Positions 23,205 to 35,762 are shown, numbered from the stretch's first letter. The stretch: 64,000 nucleotides of DNA from Massalongia carnosa (GCA_965645245.1 OZ287075.1:496001-560000); one strand, 5' to 3'. Numbers and translations are program-made. The notes: a model not told the origin generated them from the sequence alone.

Positions 23205-23819
23205 ATTTGATGCTTAACAGCGTACCTTGAGGAGAGAAGAAAAGCCCGCAGATTTGAGAAAGGTAATGAAAACCGGCAGCAACTTCCAGATACTCAAGGC
23301 TTTCTCGATTGCTCTTACTTCATCCCTCAGGGACCTTTAATAGGAAAGAGCGATTCCTAAAACACCGAGAGAGTCAGAAGGAGAAAAGAGATCTGACGAT
23401 CTTCATTCGATATGGGCCATGACAAAACTTCCGTGTAGCTGCGGGAAAGATCTTCATCCATGGAATAACGCAGAGTTCCTTCGAATCAAGGCAGGGATGA
23501 ATAAAGATTAATTTATATCCCTCTTAGGTACAAGTTTTAGATTCCTTCTAAGATCCTCTTAATCTCAGCAGTGGGGGTTTCCCAAAAGCCATTATATCCT
23601 AGGACGCATCACCGACCAGCCAAGTTACGAGCAGGTCGCTGCTTAAGATATTGACTATTAATGAGGTAGGGCTGTAATCGGTGCGCCTATATCTCAATAC
23701 CACTTACAAGCTTGGAGAATTCAACATCAGAATTCAATGGCCACTTACTCAAGAGTCCATCGACCCTAAAGTCCGGGCCTGTAAGATCCTCGAATGCCCT
23801 TCAAATACTGCCTAGTATA

Positions 23820-24693
23820 AAGGTGGGCAAAGATCTTGGAGGAGGGAGACTACTATAGATAAGCCCAAGTTGGCATCGCCAGTGAATGTCGAAAGGCGTT
23901 ATCACATGGGCCAAGATTCTTCCAAGCAGTAATGTAGACTGCCTACCCTTGAGGTGACCAGTTGCATTCTAGACAAGCAGTAACAAACCCCGTCGCGCAG
24001 CTTTGACATTTTCCAATGCCCGTGCATTTGACACAAGACTGGCCCGATCCATGACTCATTTGGCAGCGAATCCTTTCCGACATTTTTTGGTCATCGAAGA
24101 GGCATTTCTAGTGAGGACAAGCGCCCGGGTTTATTTTTCTGACTTGACAAAAACCTTCATCATGACGAAGTAAGATTCTCCATTCAAGTTTCTGTATAAG
24201 ATTTTCGTTTGCGATGCGGGCGGAAGTGTGGACATGTGGAATCGTATACCTGGATTTATAGGCTTTATATATAGAGTCTAGTTAGATGTTGTCCGTTGCG
24301 CCTAGTTTATGTAGCTTCATGATCATCTAAGCGTACTGAAACCGTAAACCAAGCAAGGGCATTAAATAAGTGATGCCATCAGCCTGGACAGAGGGAATTT
24401 CTTTACTGAAGTGCCGTCTGGTATGCGAATCTGGCTTTGGCATGAAAAGATGGAGCTCTACGCAATGATAGAATAACAGCAACCGGTGCAAATATCTTTG
24501 CAATGCAAATAAGAAGCCTAACCTTGCTTTTTTCTTGCTTTTTTCTGATCGTTGGACCGTAACGCGAACCAGCTCTGTTGTCCAATTGCCCATTGTAGTG
24601 ATTTGCTACAGAGAATAAAGCAGGCCGCGGAGTCAGGGGTAAGGAAGCTTGCTATATGTTGTAGAAGTTCCATTGGTAGCTTCTCGAGCGTCA
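23820..24693 (-). pseudogene. Degenerate F-box protein gene
   Basis: LEKLPMELLQHIASFLTPDSAACFILCSKSL F-box motif, then a frameshift in the A-run near 24530 and stops; 3' limit approximate. Confidence 0.65.
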
Positions 24694-25011
24694 TCGCTGT
24701 AGAATGATATTGATCTAATTCTGCCACGCGGATAGCAGAGCTTCCGTTTTCTTTGGATGTTCGCATCTTCTTCTATCTTTTTGATACTGCGGAAAGCGAA
24801 ACAACAGAAAAGAAAGGATGGACATGTCGGCTGAGTCCCAAATTCGCAGGGCCAACAGTCGATACGAAAAGAATAATTCTATCCAGCTTGATTCAATAGC
24901 TGACAATCTTATTACTTTTATAGTCTCTTAGTCTTTGGTATGGAACTTAATTTGGGTACAGTAGCACGAGAATGGGAGCGAGAGCTGACATGTTTTGGGC
25001 GAATTGAATAG

Positions 25012-25241
25012 GGATACGCCCTTACGACTGCTTACAAAAGGCGACAACAACCTCGCGGACGACACGGAGCTATATGCCAAGGGACAGGATTACTTGACGC
25101 GATCGGAAGATGTCATCGGGAGCGTGGTGGGCTATGTGCCGGTTGTGGGCTATGTAAACGATTTTGCTGTCCGAGCATCCGTGGCTCAAGAAGGTGCTGT
25201 TGGGGATGATGGGGGTCATGGTGGTTTTGCAAAGAGAGTGA
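25012..25241 (+). pseudogene. SEC11: Orphan last exon of signal peptidase catalytic subunit SEC11
   Basis: [35 protein letters not shown](T)[16 protein letters not shown] with a +1 frameshift near 25157; preceded by branch point and acceptor (GCTGAC..TAG) but no upstream exons. Confidence 0.85.
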
Positions 25242-25759
25242 CTACGACGCGGTAGCGGGAAAAGACATTGGAATTTGGAACACTGGTTACAACATCGATT
25301 AACTTATCCAATTCTACAGATAAGAGTTCCAGTAAAAGCCCGAAGAAAAGCTCATGTTTTTGTTGCAAGGGCCCAGACAATCCACGCGCTTATTCCTTTG
25401 GCTAATGTCATTGAAAAACTGATATTTGCTAACTCCGATCTTGAAGTGCTGATTGCTTAAGTTCTAATTAAGCCATTGAAAAACCAACGTTTTGATACGT
25501 AGGCCCCTTCATTCCAGAGTCTCTGCCACCGCATGCAAAATAATCCCGAAAATTTCCCTTACAGTACATGTATATCTAACGTCGCTAACTCCAGGGAGAG
25601 GTATATATTACAGTCCGCCGTTTTCGTTGATGTCGCGTGAATGGCAATCATCACACTTAACTCCTGTACGTTCGAATAGCTGTGATTACTATCTTCCGAA
25701 CGGCAACGACCACTGCAAGCAAAAATAATCCATAGGCAACAAGCGAAGGCATCGTCCAT

Positions 25760-26608
25760 TCAGAGGCCGATGTCCAACTCGTAGACGTGGCTTTTGTGAC
25801 GGCTTGGCTGGTTCTGCGAGAAACCTGGCAAGGGTGCTTTGATCCAACCCTTGTCGCCGGCGGCAAGGATGGCTTCGTACCAAGCCGATGCGATCAACCC
25901 ATATCCAGCATCATTTGGGTGAATCCCATCAGTGGCATTAATGTGATTTGTGGTGACTCTGCACAGGTCAACCTGGGCAACTTGTTTGCCTAAATCCATA
26001 TACCCTGCCACAACGCCTGGGATCGCCGAGTTGTAGGCAAGTCTTCTTGCTTCTCTACCAGGATCCAGTAAGGGCGTCAGAGTTGCGACCAGCACGGCAG
26101 CATCAGGACATGCAGTCACAATTTGATTGATTAGGTTGCTCAAGGCAGAATGCGCATCATCAAGATTGACATTGAGAATTACATCATTCGTTCCGGCCAT
26201 TAATAGCACGACGTTGGGTCGCTCAGGATAGTCGGGTTTGCCAGTGTTACCAATCGGACCGATCGGATATCCCCGATGACCCTCATTGTCATTGTCCGCC
26301 ATTGTGCCAGATTTCACCCGGCCGATGTAGTCCAAGTGGTTTCCCGGAATAAGCATGTTATATAGCGCCAATCGGTAGCCGTTTCCGTCATGGCTACCTT
26401 CGCCGTAAGTAATGGAGTCGCCCAAAGGTAAAATTCGCAGATCCACACCACTGGCAACTGGATGGTTTGATTGTACAGGACTGGATACTGTAGCCAGATC
26501 AGTAGATATAGATTGGTGCGGGACTTGTAGCTTACAACAAGTAATGCTAAAATATGTTAAGGATAATAATATGATGAGAACACAGTGATGGTAGTTGACG
26601 GGAAACAT
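25760..26608 (-). CDS. Secreted SGNH/GDSL hydrolase (carbohydrate esterase family 3-like)
   Basis: Signal peptide; LRILPLGDSIT, NEGHRG, LLMAGTND and DGIHPN blocks. Confidence 0.9.
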   Translation of the reverse strand: MFPVNYHHCVLIILLSLTYFSITCCKLQVPHQSISTDLATVSSPVQSNHPVASGVDLRILPLGDSITYGEGSHDGNGYRLALYNMLIPGNHLDYIGRVKSGTMADNDNEGHRGYPIGPIGNTGKPDYPERPNVVLLMAGTNDVILNVNLDDAHSALSNLINQIVTACPDAAVLVATLTPLLDPGREARRLAYNSAIPGVVAGYMDLGKQVAQVDLCRVTTNHINATDGIHPNDAGYGLIASAWYEAILAAGDKGWIKAPLPGFSQNQPSRHKSHVYELDIGL

Positions 26609-27039
26609 AATAATACTTGCTATCCAACATACACATTCACCAGGAATAAAGTTTTCCGCATGTAAAATGAGAGGGGCTTGCGTATCAGCGCAAGGAGCTA
26701 TTCATAACACGCTGTTACAAAGTACTCTCTGTACGAGACTGTGCCATCTCAGACCTGAGATTAATCTGCTACTACTTTTCATTTGCTTACTATTTGGCTT
26801 GCTATTTTTTCATGCGAATCTTAAAATATCTCGGATTTCTGCTCCGGACCTGCTGCGCTTCGCTTCTCTCCTTGCCACCCGTCAAGGCATCTGTCAAAGC
26901 ATCTTTCAAATAGTCTCCCAGATAGCCTCCGCTGATTGTAATAAGGCCCCACATCTAGCTCCTAAATAGCCTTCAAATAGTCTCTGCCGCTTTTCAAATA
27001 GCCTCCCTTTTTTCCCTGAAAATTCCACCTCGACATTTT

Positions 27040-27606
27040 TTTGTCTGCTACCCAGAACACCGTTTATCTACCATCTAGACCACCTTTTGTCAATCATCCA
27101 AACCATCTCTTGATCACCGTCCTGACCACCTTTTGACCACCACCCTGATCACACTTTGATCGTCACCCGTATTACTTTTTGTCCACCCTCCAGACTATCT
27201 TCTGTCCATCGTCCAGACCACCTTTTAATCATCACCCAGATCACCTTTTGTCCATCATTCAGACCCTCTTTGACCACTATTCATATCATCTTTTGTCCAT
27301 CACTCATATCATCTATTGACCAACGTTCATATCATCTTTTGTCCACCTGCAAGACCACCTTTTGACCATCACTCAGACCACCTTTTGATCACTATTCAGA
27401 TCCCCTTTTTTCCACCTCCCATATCATCTTTTGTCCACCTGCCAGACCACCTTTTGTCCACCTGTCAGACCACCTTTTGTCCATCTCTCATATCAACTTT
27501 TGATCATAATCCAGACCACCTGCCAGACCACCTTTTATCTATCACCCAGACCACCTTTTTTCTACCTGCCAGATCACCTTTTGTCCACCGCTAATATCAC
27601 CTTTTA
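27040..27606. repeat. Degenerate 21-22-bp minisatellite (consensus near CCAGACCACCTTTTGTCCACCT)
   Basis: Recurrent GACCACCTTTT / ATCACCTTTT cores at roughly 22-bp spacing. Confidence 0.8.
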
Positions 27607-28540
27607 ACATGAAAACCTCAAATAACGACCACCTCTCACGGCCCACAACGGGCGTAAAAGAACGTAGTTTTCGCGATATGGATTGATATCCACAGGATCA
27701 GTTGATCTACCAAGTTTGACGAAGTGAAACGGTCCGGTACGGTGGAGGCAAGAGGGGAGTTTTTAGTTCTGTCCGCACGACGTCCTCTCCGCATTAAACG
27801 GTAATTCAGTACTATACGAGTATAGACGAGTGGATATGGACCTACTGACAAAATTTTACTCACAAATTTTGACACCTTTTCAACTAACACCACATTTTAT
27901 ACACCATCATTTAGCCATGAATAGAGCTACCACACCTGTTTTGAAGTCGCATGAGGCTCAGACCCATCATCCTACCCCCACACGGGCCAAAATTCAGGGT
28001 GCAGTGGAGTTTTGCGATGCGATGAAGATTTCTTATTTCAAAGAAGATGTTTTTCGTGTTTTCGGCACTTCAAAAAAAATTTACTGAAAAATGTTGACAA
28101 GAGAAAATTCCAGTCGTACTAGACACAATGCGGACATTCCCGGAACACGTGAACGTCATTCAATGACCCCGAGACACATACGAGAGATGGAGCGTATTTT
28201 GGAGACAGAAGACATGGAGGCTCGCGGGTTAACGTGGGTTCAATTGGGCTACGAGGTGGGACTGGAGTGCAGTGGATTTCGCAAAATTTCATCAATAGTA
28301 AGGTGACTGAGATGCCGAAACGACTGCAAGCGGTGCTAGATGGTGACGGTGCGATGACGGGTTATTGATAGTAGTAGGAGTAGCAATAATAATAGTGTGA
28401 TGCCACGATGCAAATAGGGGTCAAAAAAATTCTCTCCTTTTTATTTTATTTATTTATTATTGATTCATCAAAGCGTATCGCAACGCAACAAAAGGGAATC
28501 CTATTCTTCTTCTTCGTCTCAAGACATTGATAAGAGGAAA

Positions 28541-29884
28541 ATGACTACACTCGAACAATCAAACGCGCTCTCGAGAGCGCACAGCGAAAGGAGGAAAGGT
28601 TTGCACGTAAAGATCAAGGAGTATCTTGATCGAGTGGGCACCGTTGGTGACCCGGAGGCGTTGCAGTTGCTGAGAAACTCTGCGGAAATTTTGCAAGCGC
28701 AAAATCTAGCCGATGACAAAGTTGCAGAAACTCCTAACAACATAGGTGACACATTACAGGCAACCCAACAATCATTGACACGCATAGAGCGCAATGAGAC
28801 CACTCCTCGCAGCTATGCCGCTGCTGCCACAGGGCAAGGCCGAGATGAGCCCGCACCCCCAAAGAACCAAAACATCAAGCCTCAACAGGCCCGCAAAGAC
28901 AAAGCACCCACACCAAGAGAAGCGCGACGTGCCCGGGAAATCACCGTTCACATCACGGAGGATGCGGACAAGGAAAAAATGAAGCTAATGCCAACCAAGG
29001 AGTTGGTAGAAACACTACAAAATGGAGCTGAAGGAATAAGGGGAGTGTCGCGTTTGTTAAACGGTGACATCAGGATTCACGCAGAGTCATTGGAAGCAAA
29101 GAAGACCCTGCAGGAGAAGACCGATTGGACCCGCATGGTGGCCGCCTCAGCTGCGGTGCACACCCGCACCTTCACCGTAAGAGCGAATGGAATCAGGGTA
29201 GAAAACATCAAAGTGGCCAATCAACAAACAGCCATCACCTACCTTCAGGCCGCTAACGCACGCCTGCACCCTAACTTGAAGATCGTTAAAGTAGCCTGGT
29301 CAATCAAGGCCATCAGAGAGAAAAAAGCGTACTCGACGCTTCATATAGAGGTTGCCACCGCCGAGATGGCTAACCGGCTCATCACCGAGGGCCTAATGGA
29401 AAGCTACGAAATAAAGGACTGCGAGCGCTTTACACGTGGTTGCACCATGACTCAATGCTTCAACTGCCAAAAATACGGACACATCGGTAGATCATGCCGC
29501 AATCCCGCCGCCTGTGGTCACTGCGCCGGTGGACATCAAAGCAAAGAATGCAATCTGGAGACAACGGGGCAATACCGCCGTTGCGTCGTATGCGGTGAGA
29601 AGGGACACGAAGCATGGTCTACAGCATGCAAAGTCTGAAAAGCTGAAAAGCGAAAAACTGAAATAGCAATGCAAAACCGCGCCCCCCTCTATGCAATCGA
29701 ATTACAACCGCCCTCATTTCAATTTCAACTTCAACGAGAGTCGACACCCACAGTCACACAAACGGACGAAATTCCGTCAACGTGGAAGATAGTAAACGGC
29801 AAAGAAGAAAAATACACAACGCTACGCCCTCATCGGCACACCCCCGGGCCCTCATCGGGGAGACGACGCACCCACCTGGGCTAA
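28541..29884 (+). pseudogene. LINE ORF1 (gag-like, CCHC zinc knuckles) with premature stop at 29636-38
   Basis: QCFNCQKYGHIGRSC, CGHCAGGH, CVVCGEKGH; the frame continues past TGA (probably CGA>TGA). Confidence 0.85.
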
Positions 29885-30022
29885 TATAGGCATCATGAAT
29901 CCTGAAAATATGGTAAAGGCCTTAGCAAAACCAGTGCTGGGTAGGCCTCGTGCAGATTCCGTAGCATTAATGGCAGGAACTCAGTTCACATCGAACACAG
30001 CGGCCGAAACGATGGAAATCCT

Positions 30023-33000
30023 ATGAGGGACACAAAATCCCTCTCTATATTGCAGTATAATGTCAGAAATGACAGAGTGAGTACTATGATACCCCTCTTA
30101 GCAGACACAAACACCCAGGACTATGATATTATTGCAATACAGGAACCGTGGCGCAATCCATCCGCCCCCACATCGCTTAGTTCTCATCAAAGCGGCTTTC
30201 ACCTCCTATACCGCCCAGGAGGTGACACCAGAGTGTGCTTTTATGTCAACGACCTAATAGACACTGACAGCTGGGAGGTGGAATTCACCTCGGCCGAAAT
30301 GTGCACTTTGAAAATAAAGACCTACACCGAAGGCGTTATGGAAACAATTCACGTCCATAATGTGTATAACCCCTCTCCCGCCTCCTATTTATCCACTGAC
30401 AGTCCCACGACCTTACCGGCGGCTCGGAGCATGCTTACCGCCGATGCGCATCACATACTACTTGGAGATTTCAACCTGCATCATCCCTTTTGGAATGGTC
30501 CCTCAAGATCCACACAACACGCTGCTGCTGATCAATTACTAGAAATAATCGATGATCATAATCTTTCGTTGACACTGCCGAAAGGCACCGTAACATGGGA
30601 AGCAAGAAACACGTCTAGCACGATAGATTTGGTTTTCATGTCAGAATATCTAGTCGAAAGACTCGAACACTGCATGTCCAGACCAGAATTGAATCAATCG
30701 TCCGATCACGTACCGATATTAACCCGCATCCTCCTCGGAAGCGAGCCGCAACCGAAAATCAAACGCAGAGCATGGAAACTTCTAAACCTGGAAAAATTAA
30801 GGGAGGCCGAACGACACGCCCCTATACCAGAGTCTCCCCGCACCACTGCCGAGATTGATGCGTACACGGAATCGATTCAAAAATTTCTACAAAATGTCAT
30901 CAACGAAGCAGTTCCATGGGCAAAATCTAGCGAATATGCTAAGCCATTCTGGATAGAAGAATGCAGCATTGCCACCAAAGCCACAAGGAAACTACGCCGC
31001 ATATGGTCCAGCACGTTAGACCTAACGGACTGGTCTAACTATATGAAATCCAATGATAAAAAACAGAAAATCATTCAAAAGGCAAAGAGAACAAACTTTC
31101 GTCAAGAAACCAGTAAGGCCACCGAAACGCCTCAGGGACTATGGCGGCTAGCGAAATGGGCCAAAGACAAAAGTCATCTATCTAGAGAAGTATCCAAAAT
31201 GCCGATGCTAAAATTCAATGACCAAGTAGCAGACACGTTTGACCAAAAAGCCGAAATGCTGAAAGGTGTCTTCTTTCCCGCACCACCACCGGCCGACCTA
31301 AGCGACATAGAAGGATCCTTCTATCCTACATCGCCGCACTGCCCAATAATTATCACCAAGTCAGAAGTATCGATGGCCCTGAGTCGGCTCAAGTCCGATA
31401 AGGCACCGGGCCCAGACGGCATATCTAACAGAATACTCAAAGCATGCAGCGAAAAACTTGTCGAACTACTAACACCTCTGTTTCAGGCGTGCGTCACACA
31501 CTCGTACCACCCGCGGGCTTTCAAATGGCAAACACAATAGCGCTGAAAAAAATAGGCAAAGGAGACTATACCACGCCGAAAGCCTACCGACCAATTGCAC
31601 TGCTCAACACGCTCAGTAAAGTTATGGAATCCATCATTGGATCGAAAATAACCTATCTAGCGGAAACACACCGGCTCCTACCCGACACACAGATGGGAGC
31701 AAGGAAGGGCAGATCCACAGAGTCAGCACTGGAACTGCTAACTGAACAGGTTCACACGATTTGGGGACAGGGAAAAGACAAAGTAGCCACACTGCTAAGC
31801 ATGGACGTCGCCGGCGCGTTCGATACGGTATCACATCAACGACTAACGCACAACCTACGGAAAAGAAAAATTCCAAAATGGATCACCGACTGGTTAAAAA
31901 TCGAAAAGTCACCGGGCGGTTTGCGGTAAGAACGGGTATCCCGCAGGGCTCTCCCCTGTCATCCATTCTTTACCTATTTTACAATGCAGATCTATTGGAA
32001 ATATGTGATCGACCAGGCAAAAACACAAGTGCCATAGGATTCGTAGACGATGCAAACATTTTGGCATATGGAAAAAGCACCGAGGAAAACTGCAAAACTC
32101 TAGAGGCAATACACAGACAATGTGAGACGTGGGCTTCCCGGCACGGATCCGTATTTGCTCCGACGAAATACGAACTCATACACTTGTCCAGAAATCCCAA
32201 AAGATTCAACATGACTGCATCTATCAATATTGCTAGCACCGAAATTGAACCAAAAACGGACATCAGAGTATTGGGCCTACAAATCGACACCAAATTGAAA
32301 TGGGGACCGCATGTTCGCAAAACGCAAGAGAAAATGGTCAAACAATCCATGGCATTGACAAAAATTTCCACATCAACCTGGGGTGCCACCTTCGCCAAGG
32401 CAAGGCAAGTTTACAGTGCCGTGGTGCGTCCGGCCATGACATATGGGTCAACCGTATGGCACATGCCCAAAGAAGTCAAAAAGTCAAAAACGTCAACGAG
32501 CAAGCTCTCCGTCATGCAAAACAATTGCCTTCGCACCATAGCCGGTGCCTTTAAAGCCACTCCCATCTCAGTACTAGAAGCAGAGACATTCATAGCGCCC
32601 ATAGACACGCATCTCGACATGCTACAAGCACAGGCAAGGCACCGGCTCCGAGCCGGAGGCCAATTGAAGATCATCTCCTCCGCATGCAACAAAATAGCTG
32701 AAAAACTTCGAGGCAAGGCAGGTCGCAAACGACTTCAAAAGCCCACCCCGGGAGAGCTGAAACACATCTGGGCCAAAAGCCTACTGATCGACTCAAAAAT
32801 AGTTCAACCACCAAAGGCACACCCACCATGGTTCGAAGTCTACCCGGCGTGGCACCGCGAAGCTACCGTTGCGGCAACGGCCCGACACAAGCAGATGCAA
32901 ACAATTAAAGCACGACAAATGAAGGTCTGGAACGACTCGTGGTGCGCATATCAAAATCGCGTCATCGAACCCTCCATAGCACAATCAGTCCCACTGAGCA

Positions 33001-33350
33001 AAAAACGGCTGAAAATACACACGCAGCTAAAAAAGGCAGAAAGCGCTCTAACAACACAAATCCGCACTGGCAAAATCGGGTTAGCTGACTTCCTCTACAA
33101 GCGACGGGTGCCCTCCGTCACCTCACCGGCCTGCTCATGTGGCTGGCACAGACAAACTCCAGAACATGTAATCATGTTCTGCAGACTTATTGGCAATAGA
33201 AAACAGATGTTTCGCGCCGCCGGCACGAGCGACTATCAGCAGCTGACCGAATCATCAAAAACTCTGAAGATACTAACTGCTTGGCTAATGAAAACAGGCT
33301 TATTGAATCAGTTCTCACTAGCATCAACATTATTGTACAATCAACAGTAG
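30023..33350 (+). pseudogene. LINE ORF2: AP endonuclease + reverse transcriptase + C-terminal CCHC; two frameshifts
   Basis: ILQYNV, IAIQEPW, LLGDFNLHHP, SDH; KAPGPDGI, YRPIALLN, DVAGAFD, GIPQGSPLS, FVDD; CSCG..TPEHVIMFC. Breaks near 31525 and 31895 (the second with a deletion). Confidence 0.92.
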
Positions 33351-33620
33351 TTGAACCTTTCTTTCTTTCTTCTCTTTCACAAGGCATTACAGTTCCCACA
33401 CGTCTTTTGCACTGCGTCTCCCGCCCGACGTCGACCCGTAGTCACATCGGACGGGTATCATGGGATATGGTTTTTACACCTGTGAAAGGTTTTCCATGTA
33501 ACATAACTTAGATAGCTTTGCCCGCATGGGCCGGCCTACGGCCGGTGTCATATCGGAGTATGAATACATCATCATCATCAATAGGGGTCAAAATTTGTGA
33601 GTAAAATTTTTTTTATCACC

Positions 33621-33874
33621 CGCGTGCCCCTCACCCCCTTTTGCTCAATACGGCCGCTAAATTAGCTTCATCATTTAATAATCACAAAATCAAAAAGCAA
33701 AGCTGCGACAATGATTATGATGATGAAGAAAATTTTTTATTTTCAAGAAAGTATGTAGTTAGGTTAATAGCTATATGGAATGATGATACTAACAGTTTGA
33801 AATAATTATACAAAGATTTACTTTTTTCACTAATCTTTTTAGTTTTAGTGCTGGTGCAAAAGGGGGTGAACGCG
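33621..33874. mobile_element. Candidate MITE (14-bp inverted repeats around an AT-rich core)
   Basis: TCACCCCCTTTTGC (33631-44) / GCAAAAGGGGGTGA (33856-69), with outer CGCGT/ACGCG; no TSD confirmed. Confidence 0.4.
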
Positions 33875-33977
33875 AGTAGTCGCGCATCTTCGCGTCTAGT
33901 TTTGGTGAAGAGTCAGACCCTAAAGTTCACTCGAGCTCAATCAGCATCTATATAGTACTGAAGCTAATTCAATCATT

Positions 33978-35258
33978 ATGTCTGCACAGCCACCAAAGCA
34001 ATATCCACTTAAGAACCTCATCCTTCCCAAGGACGTATCTCCCAATGCCCGAATCTACATCCTAGCCCATCCTCGAAATTTGATTCCAAGTCGATATTAC
34101 TTCTGCCCGGACAAGGGCGTGTATGAATTCATAAGGATTGCAGCTTCGAAAGGTGTTTGTCAGAGCTGGTTGCTTGGGCCTTGGGGAAGTACTCAAGAAA
34201 CTGTTTGTGACGAGAAAGACGCTTCCGATGAAGGGCCCACGACTCTAGACCAGTCTGGAACTGGAAATGGATATACGGTGAAATCTCCGGAGATTTTCAT
34301 TGCCACGCCGATTGATCCTTTGTTCCTAGTCCTTCCTGCATTTCTCTCGCAATCCCCTTCAACAAAGCCACCGGATTTAAACCATCTTTTCCTTTCGATC
34401 GAGGATCTACTTGAAAGCCTTGGCAAAAGCTCGAAACACGCTGAGCAGACGCTGAGTCATGAACTTTTTCGCCAGACTGTAGAAGCGAGGATAGTTGTGA
34501 TTTGTGATACTGTCGAAGCTGGGGATGAGAAGATGTATCGACTCAATCTGGAGAAGCTTTTAGAGGAGTTGCTCCTGAAGACCAAGAAGATTGTAAAATC
34601 GGGTTTGCCGGCAAGCATAGAGGAGAAGTTCGTTCGAAAAGCTCTGGAAGCACCCGTGATTGTGCAGTCAAGGGAACAGAGCTCGTTTTCCCAAGCGACA
34701 AAGGCATCTCAGGAGGAGATCACTGTGGCCGAGTCGGCGCCACTGAACTCAGCAGAGTCTCAATCAAGTTCGACCACCGTCGAGACTACCATATCAATTT
34801 CTTCCGCAGTCACCGAGGTAACAATCCCTGAGATCGGAAACTCCGGCACCACAACCGATGAAGTTAGACATCTTCTACGCTTGCGAACCGCCTTCTCGTA
34901 TATAGTATCTGCCTACCTCCCATCATTCATCGCAAATGCCCTGACCCTGAAACTCGCATCCCCGGCCAGCCCCATTGATTTCACCCCTCTCAACAACCAG
35001 CTTGCACACCTTGCTTCTCTCAAAGCGCAAGCTCTGGCCTTGCGTTCCCTGTCAGACTTTAGTCGAAAACGAAGCGCAAACGATGGGGACGATGAGGCCG
35101 TGGAAGCCAGAGCAGAGAAAAAGAGAAAGGAGGAAGAGGAGGACAAGAGGAAAAAGGCGTGGGAGTCGCGAGGAGTAAGGGATTTGAAGAAGGTTAATGT
35201 AACGGGTATGAAGAAGATGAGCGACTTCTTCGGCAAAGTGGATACGAAGGCGAAGTAA
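33978..35258 (+). CDS. RNH202: Ribonuclease H2 subunit B
   Basis: HPR..SRYYFCP.KG.YEF, ATPIDPLFL, CDTVEAGDEKMYRL, and C-terminal LKKVNVTGMKKMSDFF (PIP-box-like). Confidence 0.9.
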   Translation: MSAQPPKQYPLKNLILPKDVSPNARIYILAHPRNLIPSRYYFCPDKGVYEFIRIAASKGVCQSWLLGPWGSTQETVCDEKDASDEGPTTLDQSGTGNGYTVKSPEIFIATPIDPLFLVLPAFLSQSPSTKPPDLNHLFLSIEDLLESLGKSSKHAEQTLSHELFRQTVEARIVVICDTVEAGDEKMYRLNLEKLLEELLLKTKKIVKSGLPASIEEKFVRKALEAPVIVQSREQSSFSQATKASQEEITVAESAPLNSAESQSSSTTVETTISISSAVTEVTIPEIGNSGTTTDEVRHLLRLRTAFSYIVSAYLPSFIANALTLKLASPASPIDFTPLNNQLAHLASLKAQALALRSLSDFSRKRSANDGDDEAVEARAEKKRKEEEEDKRKKAWESRGVRDLKKVNVTGMKKMSDFFGKVDTKAK

Positions 35259-35762
35259 TAAAGATTACCTTCCATTCAGAGAGCGAAGGTTGTCGTCCTC
35301 ACAGGCTCGGTGAAGAAGGCAGTAACAAGCAGGACCACGTGTCAACCAGCTTGCACCTCCATCTCACCATTCCATCTTCTGAAATGATTCAAAACCCCTT
35401 GAGCGAACGCTTCAAATCCCTTCGGCTTATCTAAACCAACGCTCCCAGGAAAAATCCAGGCACTCTTCCTTACCGGGTAGTCTTTAAGTCCCCATCCCAC
35501 CATTCTAGCAGAAGGTTGAGCCTGCCGAAGCGCGCTTTTGTTCCGGGGATGCCAAGCGGCGCCGCAGGATCAGTGTGCAGAACGTGTTTTACCTCTGGTA
35601 GAATATTTAAAGAAGAAATCGGAAAGGTCAAGAGACTAGAGCCGATTATGTTGTGCTATAGCAGTGGCAGGTCTACTTGTCAAGATGTAGGGAAATCAAG
35701 GTGATCTAATTGAATCACTACCTGATTCCGCCCTCACTCTTCCTCCCAAACCCCAACCAAAA

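Larger units (their letters stand above)
28427..33579 (+). mobile_element. Tad1/CgT1-like LINE retrotransposon, near full length, degenerate
   Basis: 14-bp TSD AATAGGGGTCAAAA (28413-26 / 33580-93); (ATC)n tail; gag-like ORF1 and APE-RT ORF2. Confidence 0.93.
27845..33610 (+). mobile_element. Internally deleted Tc1-like DNA transposon (about 0.6 kb) interrupted in its right TIR by a LINE
   Basis: Left TIR TA|CTGACAAAATTTTACTCACAAATTTTGACACC; right TIR GGGGTCAAAATTTGTGAGTAAAATTTT (to 33610); transposase fragments 27918-28368 ending MPKRLQAVLDGDGAMTGY*. Confidence 0.8.
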
